Program-made: the position numbers and the translations under genes
IMG/VR virus record: IMGVR_UViG_3300032283_000137
Span: 1 to 63,486 of that record
Length of the DNA stretch: 63,486 nucleotides
Reading direction: 5' to 3' (one strand)
Source: a virus
Lineage: Duplodnaviria > Caudoviricetes
Notes under the pieces: model-generated
What the model saw: only the letters and a program-made list of their open reading frames with translations
What the model was told of the DNA's origin: nothing
Databases searched by the model: none
Shown: positions 57,288 through 63,486 of the stretch, one piece after another
Position numbering within the stretch: position 1 is the first letter of the stretch
Layout: each line of letters opens with the position of its first letter

Positions 57288-57339
57288 CGCAACCTAGTTC
57301 CAACCGCGCCGACAAGGCAAATTTTTAAGAGGTAATGAT

Positions 57340-57576
57340 ATGGCTACAAAGATGGACCCTAAGATGATGGCTATGATGGCGAAGAAAAAATCGCCTGCGG
57401 CCCCCCGCTCCGCAATGGCCCCCGCCGCCCCCATGGGCATGATGAAAAAAGGTGGCATGGCTAAGATGGCTACTGGCGGCTTGGCTGGCGGTCACAAGAG
57501 CGCTGACGGCATTACCAAAAAAGGTAAGACCAAGGCTATGCAAGTCAAAATGAAAAAGGGCGGCATGGCCTGCTAA
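57340..57576 (+). CDS. GG-tag protein 2 (Met/Lys-rich)
   Basis: MKKGG, MATGG, SADGITKKGKTK, MKKGGMAC; gagg RBS. Confidence 0.75.
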   Translation: MATKMDPKMMAMMAKKKSPAAPRSAMAPAAPMGMMKKGGMAKMATGGLAGGHKSADGITKKGKTKAMQVKMKKGGMAC

Positions 57577-57586
57577 GGAGCTAATT

Positions 57587-58117
57587 ATGGCTGATGGTGG
57601 AAAAAAACCCTCCAACTACGATGAAGTAATGGATGAAAAAGTCCGTAAACTAGCTAACGAAGCATACAAAAAGGCTTCCAGAATTGGCCCGGATAAACCG
57701 GAACCAACAGCGTATACGACTCGTGATCGCAAAATATCGCAGATGCCTGACCCACGTGAAAGTGTTCGGGAAAGAGGCTTTACTAATCGAATGGTGGCTG
57801 AGAAAAAAGAAGCCATAGACCAAGGTTTAAAAGGCGTTAAGGGTTTAATGAAGCCGTTGGCTGTAGCGTCGATTCCAGGGTCCGGCCCATCGGCGGCATT
57901 AGCGATGCCTGAAGGTACGTTTAAAGGGCCTGTTGACGACATTATGTCTGCTGCAGATAAGTATCGTGGTGCTCGTAATGCGTTGCAGTCTGCGGATAGA
58001 GAGATGGAAGCACAAGATCGCCGGGAATCCCGTATGGCTAAAGGCGGTAAAGTCTCTGCTTCTAGCCGTGCGGACGGTATCGCTCAACGTGGTAAGACTC
58101 GCGGCACGATGTGCTAA
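57587..58117 (+). CDS. GG-tag protein 3
   Basis: C-terminal MAKGGKVSASSRADGIAQRGKTRGTMC; aaggag RBS. Confidence 0.75.
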   Translation: MADGGKKPSNYDEVMDEKVRKLANEAYKKASRIGPDKPEPTAYTTRDRKISQMPDPRESVRERGFTNRMVAEKKEAIDQGLKGVKGLMKPLAVASIPGSGPSAALAMPEGTFKGPVDDIMSAADKYRGARNALQSADREMEAQDRRESRMAKGGKVSASSRADGIAQRGKTRGTMC

Positions 58118-58127
58118 GGAGAGCAAG

Positions 58128-58409
58128 ATGGGCAACGTAATTGAAAACATCGGCAAAGGCGTCGGCGATTTTGTAGGTGGAATTGGTAGCGGTATCGGTA
58201 ATGCTTTTAAAGGCCTGACCGGTGGGTCTGGTATATCTAGTAAGTCTGAAGGCGAGATGGGCGAACTACGCAAAAAGATCATGGAAATGGACGCAGCGCA
58301 AAGAGGCAAACAAGGCGTACCTATGAAAAAAGGCGGCTCAGTTTCTTCTGCTTCCAGCCGCGCGGACGGTATTGCAACCAAGGGCAAGACCCGTGGAAAG
58401 ATGTGCTAA
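58128..58409 (+). CDS. GG-tag protein 4
   Basis: Start MGNVIEN after aaggag; C-terminal MKKGGSVSSASSRADGIATKGKTRGKMC. Confidence 0.75.
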   Translation: MGNVIENIGKGVGDFVGGIGSGIGNAFKGLTGGSGISSKSEGEMGELRKKIMEMDAAQRGKQGVPMKKGGSVSSASSRADGIATKGKTRGKMC

Positions 58410-58688
58410 ATGAGAGCTTCACGCGGCATGGGTGACATCGCTCCTTCGAAAATGCCGAAGGCGAAGACGGTTGTCCGCAAAGACAATCCGAACGATGTCT
58501 CCATGTACGCTGAAGGCGGCGGGGTAAATGCTGCTGGTAACTACACCAAGCCAAGCTTGCGCAAGCGTATCGTGTCTCAAGTGAAGGCTGCGGCCACACA
58601 CGGGACAGGTGCAGGGCAGTGGTCAGCACGTAAGGCGCAGCTTGTAGCCAAGAAGTACAAGGCAGCAGGCGGGGGGTACAAGGATTGA
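58410..58688 (+). CDS. Small basic protein with YAEGG
   Basis: MRASRGMG...MYAEGGG...GQWSARKAQL...GGGYKD. Confidence 0.7.
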   Translation: MRASRGMGDIAPSKMPKAKTVVRKDNPNDVSMYAEGGGVNAAGNYTKPSLRKRIVSQVKAAATHGTGAGQWSARKAQLVAKKYKAAGGGYKD

Positions 58689-58918
58689 AAGCACCGCAGC
58701 AATCCCTTAAAGCTTGGGGGGACCAGAAATGGCGTACCAAGTCGGGAAAGCCTTCATCGAAGACAGGTGAGCGATACCTCCCTGAAGCTGCTATAAAGTC
58801 CTTGTCCCCCGCCGAGTACGCTGCAACTACCAAAGCCAAACGTGCAGGTAAAGCAGCAGGCAAACAGTTCGTAGCGCAACCCAAAAAGATAGCAAAGAAA
58901 ACCGCAGGTTTTAGATAA
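58685..58918 (+). CDS. Small basic protein
   Basis: SLKAWGDQKWRTKSGKPS...GERYLP...GKQFVAQP. Confidence 0.7.
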   Translation: MKAPQQSLKAWGDQKWRTKSGKPSSKTGERYLPEAAIKSLSPAEYAATTKAKRAGKAAGKQFVAQPKKIAKKTAGFR

Positions 58919-59841
58919 TGGCCTACACCACCGGCTCTACCAGCTTTAACTTAGACCTCAATGATCTGATTGAGGAGGCTTATGAGCGGGCCGGTATTGA
59001 GGTGCGTACGGGCTATGAGTTCCGTACAGCACGCCGGTCTTTGAACCTGATGACGATTGAGTGGGCTAACCGGGGTATCAACCTGTGGACCATCCAAGAG
59101 GGCGCTATAGCGTTGGTTACGGGTCAGGCTATCTACCCCTTACCAGCAGACACAATCGACCTGCTAGACCACGTTGTGCGCCAGAACAACGGCACTCCTA
59201 GTACTCAGTCAGACATCAACATCACTCGCATCTCCGAGTCCACCTACTCGACGATTCCGAACAAGCTGACCAACGGTCGGCCTATTCAAGTATGGGTAAA
59301 CCGTCAGACAGCGCAGACTAATGCTACGTCAGTAACCCTAAGCTCCACGATCACCAGCACAGATACGACCATCACGCTCAGCGACGTATCAGGGTTAACC
59401 ACTACCGGCTTTATCAAGATTGACTCGGAGACCATCGGGTACACCAACGTCAGCGGTAACAGCTTGATTAACTGCTTGCGTGGACAGAATGGAACCACGG
59501 CAGCGGCCCATACGGCGGGGGCGGCTATCTACGTCCAGAACCTGCCCTGCATCAACGTCTGGCCTACTCCTGATGCTGGTGGTGACTACACTTTCGTGTA
59601 CTGGCGGCTGCGCCGATTGCAGGATGCCGGGAATGGCGTGAACGTCGAAGACATCCCCTTCCGGTTGATTCCTTGCATGGTTGCAGGCTTGGCGTTCTAC
59701 ATCGCAGCCAAACGACCTGATGCTGACCCTATGCGGGTGAGTTTCTTGAAAGATGAGTATGAGCAGCAGTGGCTGTTGGCTTCCCAAGAAGATCGGGAGA
59801 AAGCCTCGGACCGGTTCGTCCCAAGAGTGCTCTTCTATTGA
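58918..59841 (+). CDS. Head-tail adaptor / tail tubular-like protein with inserted domain
   Basis: IEEAYERAG...ARRSLN...WANRGINLW...VWPTPD...GLAFYIA. Confidence 0.7.
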   Translation: MAYTTGSTSFNLDLNDLIEEAYERAGIEVRTGYEFRTARRSLNLMTIEWANRGINLWTIQEGAIALVTGQAIYPLPADTIDLLDHVVRQNNGTPSTQSDINITRISESTYSTIPNKLTNGRPIQVWVNRQTAQTNATSVTLSSTITSTDTTITLSDVSGLTTTGFIKIDSETIGYTNVSGNSLINCLRGQNGTTAAAHTAGAAIYVQNLPCINVWPTPDAGGDYTFVYWRLRRLQDAGNGVNVEDIPFRLIPCMVAGLAFYIAAKRPDADPMRVSFLKDEYEQQWLLASQEDREKASDRFVPRVLFY

Positions 59842-59849
59842 GGTGAAGC

Positions 59850-60239
59850 GTGGCTACTAAATACGCTTCTGGCAAGTACTCGATTGCAGAATGCGACCGA
59901 TGCGGGCAACGATACAAACTTAGTGAGCTCAAGAAAGAGGTCATTAAGACAAAGCTTTTCCAGATTAAAGTCTGTCCTACTTGCTGGGACCCGGACCAAC
60001 CTCAGCTATCATTAGGTTTGTATCCGGTGAATGACCCGCAAGCAGTACGGGAGCCCCGCCCTGATGTGTCTTATGTAGCGTCAGGTACAGACATAAATGG
60101 CTATCCTGCCGGAGGGTCTAGAGACATTCAGTGGGGTTGGGCTCCAATTGGTGGGGCCAGCAGTTTTGATACGGTTTTAACACCCAACTACTTAGTCGGA
60201 ACCACGAGTGTTGGCACGGTAACAGTAACGGTTTCATAG
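59850..60239 (+). CDS. Zn-finger-containing neck-region protein
   Basis: ECDRCG...VCPTCWDPDQPQL...DPQAVREPRPD. Confidence 0.7.
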   Translation: MATKYASGKYSIAECDRCGQRYKLSELKKEVIKTKLFQIKVCPTCWDPDQPQLSLGLYPVNDPQAVREPRPDVSYVASGTDINGYPAGGSRDIQWGWAPIGGASSFDTVLTPNYLVGTTSVGTVTVTVS

Positions 60240-60245
60240 GAGTTT

Positions 60246-60419
60246 ATGATGGACAAGAAGACAGTCAAACGTATCGCTGATACTGAGGCCAGCAAAATGG
60301 TCAAGGGCCATGAGTCGCGCATGCATGCTAAAAAGATGAAGGCCGGTGGCCCTACGTCTGAAGACCGAATGCGTGACGGTCGCAACATGTCCCGCGCTAA
60401 AAACCAAGGGAGCAAGTAA
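60246..60419 (+). CDS. Small basic protein with MKAGG, absent from the ORF track
   Basis: MMDKKTVKRIADTEASKMVKGHESRMHAKKMKAGGPTSEDRMRDGRNMSRAKNQGSK; aggag RBS; TAATG coupling. Confidence 0.7.
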   Translation: MMDKKTVKRIADTEASKMVKGHESRMHAKKMKAGGPTSEDRMRDGRNMSRAKNQGSK

Positions 60420-60670
60420 TGGCATACAGCATGAAAAAAGGCGGCAAGGAAGTTGGCCCCGCTAGCGTCTACGCGCCCCCGCATACGATGGATGGTAAGC
60501 CTATGAAGGGTTCTTCGGGCCCTAACCAAAGCAAACTCGATACGCTTGATATTGCCATTGGCGCATATAGCAAGTCCGCTGGTGATGAGCAAGTCAAAAC
60601 AACTGGTATCCAGACTCGGGGTAATGGTTGCGCGACCAAAGGTACGATGGCAAGGGGCCCGATGGCATGA
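60419..60670 (+). CDS. Small protein with degenerate GG-tag
   Basis: MAYSMKKGG...GIQTRGNGCATKGTMARGPMA. Confidence 0.7.
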   Translation: MAYSMKKGGKEVGPASVYAPPHTMDGKPMKGSSGPNQSKLDTLDIAIGAYSKSAGDEQVKTTGIQTRGNGCATKGTMARGPMA

Positions 60671-61362
60671 ACTATTCTGAGCTTTCGTCGGCGATACAGA
60701 CCTACACGGAAAACAACTTTCCGGCGATTACGCTCGCGGATGGGTCTACATCATCGTCCACTGCTCAGATTAACCGTTTCATCCAGCAGGCAGAGCAGCG
60801 CATCTATAACACGGTGCAGTTCCCCTTTTTGCGTAAAAACGTAACGGGAACCATTACACCCAACAATAAGTACTTGTCCTGCCCTAACGACTTTCTGTCT
60901 TCGTATTCCTTGGCCATCTTCTCTGGTTCCGGCCCGTACACATTCCTGCTCAACAAGGATGTGAACTTCATGCGTGAGGCGTACCCCACGCCGACCGACA
61001 CTGGAACACCCAAGTACTACGCCTTGTTTGGCCCAACAGTTACGGGTTCAACAATCACTAACGAGTTGTCGTTCATACTTGGCCCAACACCCGACGCAAT
61101 TTACTCTGCTGAACTGCACTACTACTATTACCCTGAATCCATCACCACTGCGGTTACAACGTGGCTGGGGGACAACTTTGACACCGTGTTGCTGTACGGG
61201 TCGTTGATAGAGGCGTACACTTTTATGAAGGGTGAGGCCGACATGATTGGGTTGTATGAGGGCAAGTACAAAGAAGCCCTTGCACTGGCTAAGCGTTTGG
61301 GTGATGGCTTAGAGCGCCAAGATGCGTACCGCAGCGGGCAATATAGGCAGGCGGTTACATGA
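60667..61362 (+). CDS. Tail adaptor / tubular protein A-like
   Basis: MNYSEL...FIQQAEQRI...GTPKYYA...GPTPD...LLYGSLIEA. Confidence 0.7.
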   Translation: MNYSELSSAIQTYTENNFPAITLADGSTSSSTAQINRFIQQAEQRIYNTVQFPFLRKNVTGTITPNNKYLSCPNDFLSSYSLAIFSGSGPYTFLLNKDVNFMREAYPTPTDTGTPKYYALFGPTVTGSTITNELSFILGPTPDAIYSAELHYYYYPESITTAVTTWLGDNFDTVLLYGSLIEAYTFMKGEADMIGLYEGKYKEALALAKRLGDGLERQDAYRSGQYRQAVT

Positions 61363-61775
61363 GCATCATTCAGACGCAAACCACCAGCTTCAAGAAGGAG
61401 TTGTATCAGGCTGTTCACAACCTGTCCACGGATGTACTTAAAATCGCTCTGTATACCGGCAATGCTAGCTTAAACGAGGACACCACGGTATATACCACTC
61501 TCAATGAAGTTGTAGCGTCTGGCTATACAGCAGGCGGCAATACGCTGACTGGGGTGGCTATCAGTTCTTCGGGCTACACGGCCTATGTGAACTGGGCGAA
61601 CACATCTTGGACAGCAGCTTTGACGGCCCGATGTGCTTTGATCTATAATGTTACCCAAGGTAATAAGTCGATTGCGGTAATTGACTTTGGGGCGGAAAAA
61701 ACCTCGACTACGACCTTCACGATCACCATGCCCGCTAACACAGCAACCACTGCACTTATTAGGAGTTCAAATTGA
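61359..61775 (+). CDS. Tail structural protein
   Basis: SFKKEL...LKIALY...GYTAGG...ALIYN...IDFG; paralogue of 61973-62464. Confidence 0.7.
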   Translation: MSIIQTQTTSFKKELYQAVHNLSTDVLKIALYTGNASLNEDTTVYTTLNEVVASGYTAGGNTLTGVAISSSGYTAYVNWANTSWTAALTARCALIYNVTQGNKSIAVIDFGAEKTSTTTFTITMPANTATTALIRSSN

Positions 61776-61963
61776 TTGTTAATACGACCAAAGGTGAGAT
61801 GGACGATTCCTTGTTGGAACGCCGTTCTGGCACCGTGGATGACGAAAACGAGTTGACTACGTGGGTAGAATATTGGCTGGATGGCGAGCTGGTCCACCGG
61901 TCTGCGCACGTAACCCTGAAGAAAGTGCCCAATTTCGCGGGCGCTGAAGCCGCTACTTTTTAA
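61772..61963 (+). CDS. Hypothetical protein
   Basis: aggag RBS; WVEYWLDGELVHRSAHV. Confidence 0.65.
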   Translation: MIVNTTKGEMDDSLLERRSGTVDDENELTTWVEYWLDGELVHRSAHVTLKKVPNFAGAEAATF

Positions 61964-61972
61964 GGAAATATC

Positions 61973-62464
61973 ATGGCAAATACTCAATCAATGTGTACCT
62001 CGTTCCTCGGCGAACTGATGCTTGGCCAACACCAACTTGGCACTTCCACCATTGTGTCTCGCGGTAGCTTGACCTCCCCCACCCCCGACACTCTTAAAGC
62101 GGCCCTGTACCTTGTTTCGGCAACCATCAATGCCGCTACCACGGCATACACAGCTACTGGGGAAGTCTCTGGGACTAACTACTCTGCGGGTGGTGTGACG
62201 GTAACGGCAGCAACAGCCCCCACGTCTACAAACAGCTCGGCTACTGCGGGCGTAGGATTTTTTACGCCGTCGGCTTCGATTACGTACACAACCGTAACTT
62301 TGTCTACTGCGTTTGACACGGTGTTGTTGTACAACTCTACGCAGAGCAACAAGGCTATTTCTGTGCATACGTTCGGCTCGCAGACAATTACTGCCGGTAC
62401 GTTCACGCTGACAATGCCTTCTAACACGACGACCACCGCACTGCTGCGCTTGGCTACCACCTAA
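61973..62464 (+). CDS. Tail structural protein
   Basis: MCTSF...LKAALY...EVSGTNYSAGG...LLYNST...GTFTLTMP. Confidence 0.7.
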   Translation: MANTQSMCTSFLGELMLGQHQLGTSTIVSRGSLTSPTPDTLKAALYLVSATINAATTAYTATGEVSGTNYSAGGVTVTAATAPTSTNSSATAGVGFFTPSASITYTTVTLSTAFDTVLLYNSTQSNKAISVHTFGSQTITAGTFTLTMPSNTTTTALLRLATT

Positions 62465-62473
62465 AGGTAGGTC

Positions 62474-63486
62474 ATGGCCGGATGGGGCGTAGGCGCTTGG
62501 GGTCTAGGCACTTGGGGCAACGGCGAAACCATCCTCACCGGGAATAGCGCTTCCGGTGTTGTAGGTACGGTTGTTCAAGCTGAAACATTTGCTCTCTCGG
62601 GGGTTTCCGCTTCAGGTGCAGTTGGCACAGTCTCTAACGGCGCAAGAAGCATTGCCCTATCGGGGGTCTTTGCTTCCGGCGATTTAGGCATTATTGCGGA
62701 ACTCCACGACGAGACCCCTGATGGGGTCTCCGCTTCCGGCGCAGTAGGGACAGTCTCTATGGGGGCATCAAGTGTTGCCCTCTCAGGTGTTTCTGCTTCC
62801 GGTGCGGCAGGGAATGTCGCGGAAATCAACGCGGTTGCCTTGTCGGGGGCCCCTGCTTCCGGCGCTGTAGGTAGTGTTGCTGAAGTCAACTCAAGGGCCC
62901 TTTCAGGAGTCCTTGCTTCTGGCGCAGTTGGCACGGAATCTACTAGCGCGCCCAATGTTGGAATTGCTGGAGATGATGCGATTGCCAGTGTTGGCACAGT
63001 CGTATTTAACAAGTTTTTTGCGCTTACGGGGGTATCTGCCGCTGGCGCAGTTAATTCGTTATCCATAGGCGCAGCACTTACAGGGGTTTCTGCTTCTGGC
63101 GCAGTTGGCACAGCCTCTAGAGGGGCAACAAGCATTGCTATCAGCGGTGTTTCCGCTTCTGGCCAAACCGGTTCAACCTTCCGTGGCGCGGCGCTTACAG
63201 GGGTTTCTGCTTCAGGTGAAGTTGGCACGGTCTCTAGAGGCGCGACAAGCCTTGCTATCAGCGGTGTAAGTGGTACAGGAAACGCAGGCAATGCTGCCGA
63301 AACTAACGCGGACGCCATATCAGGGGTTTCCGCTTCCGGCGCTGTAGGAAGTGTTGTTGAAACCATTGCAGTCACGCTTAGCGGTGTTGTTGCTTCGGGC
63401 GCAGTTGGTACGGTTTCTAGAGATGCAACAAGCGTCGCGCTTACGGGGGTTTCCGCTTCTGGCCAAACCGGTTCAACTTTCCGTGG
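62474..63486 (+). CDS. 5' part of the repetitive virion/tail protein (continues at 1-598), absent from the ORF track
   Basis: MAGWGVGAWGLGTWGNGETILTGNSASGVVGTV...; repeated [LI][ST]GVSASGAVGTVS units; no stop before the window end. Confidence 0.8.
   Translation, partial: MAGWGVGAWGLGTWGNGETILTGNSASGVVGTVVQAETFALSGVSASGAVGTVSNGARSIALSGVFASGDLGIIAELHDETPDGVSASGAVGTVSMGASSVALSGVSASGAAGNVAEINAVALSGAPASGAVGSVAEVNSRALSGVLASGAVGTESTSAPNVGIAGDDAIASVGTVVFNKFFALTGVSAAGAVNSLSIGAALTGVSASGAVGTASRGATSIAISGVSASGQTGSTFRGAALTGVSASGEVGTVSRGATSLAISGVSGTGNAGNAAETNADAISGVSASGAVGSVVETIAVTLSGVVASGAVGTVSRDATSVALTGVSASGQTGSTFR
63364..63486. repeat. Terminal direct repeat, right copy
   Basis: Identical to 1-123. Confidence 0.95.

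Noticed and set aside
56970-58392. Diversity-generating retroelement TR/VR pair
   Set aside because: No reverse transcriptase was recognised, and differences between copies are mostly synonymous rather than adenine-specific.
1-63486. tRNA genes, integrase, RNA polymerase, purZ or DNA-modification cluster
   Set aside because: None was recognised by eye; tRNAscan and HMM searches are needed to exclude them formally.

Overview
The window is an apparently complete, circularly permuted dsDNA tailed-phage genome of about 63.4 kb; bases 1-123 repeat exactly at 63364-63486. It has a podovirus-like layout with no tape-measure or sheath gene and three large ejection-type proteins. The + strand late arm (45973 through the junction to 22745) encodes terminase, portal, a GroES-like protein, scaffold, a Mu gpT-like capsid, a cluster of small basic proteins, tail adaptors, fibre/adhesin, lysis and internal virion proteins. 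The - strand early/middle arm (45712 to 22742) encodes small host-takeover proteins, a MoxR-AAA/vWA pair, a family A polymerase, a Cas4-like nuclease, an SNF2 helicase and a primase-helicase. A Bug/TctC gene suggests a betaproteobacterial host (inference). The strongest candidate for an undescribed system is a set of small late proteins with unrelated N-termini that share a C-terminal tag (M-[KA]-x-GG...SASSRADGIAQRGKTRGxM). Its [MYF]-[AK]-x-GG core recurs many times in the ejection proteins, suggesting a capsid-loading or processing signal. Also notable: a 2OG-Fe(II) oxygenase / ATP-grasp / Bug cassette next to the adhesin, a pseudoknotted leader RNA downstream of the capsid gene, an iteron plus IHF-site inverted-repeat locus, palindromic operators on early promoters, a leaderless small-terminase gene and an acidic DNA-mimic-like moron. 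All calls come from motif recognition by eye; no searches were run.
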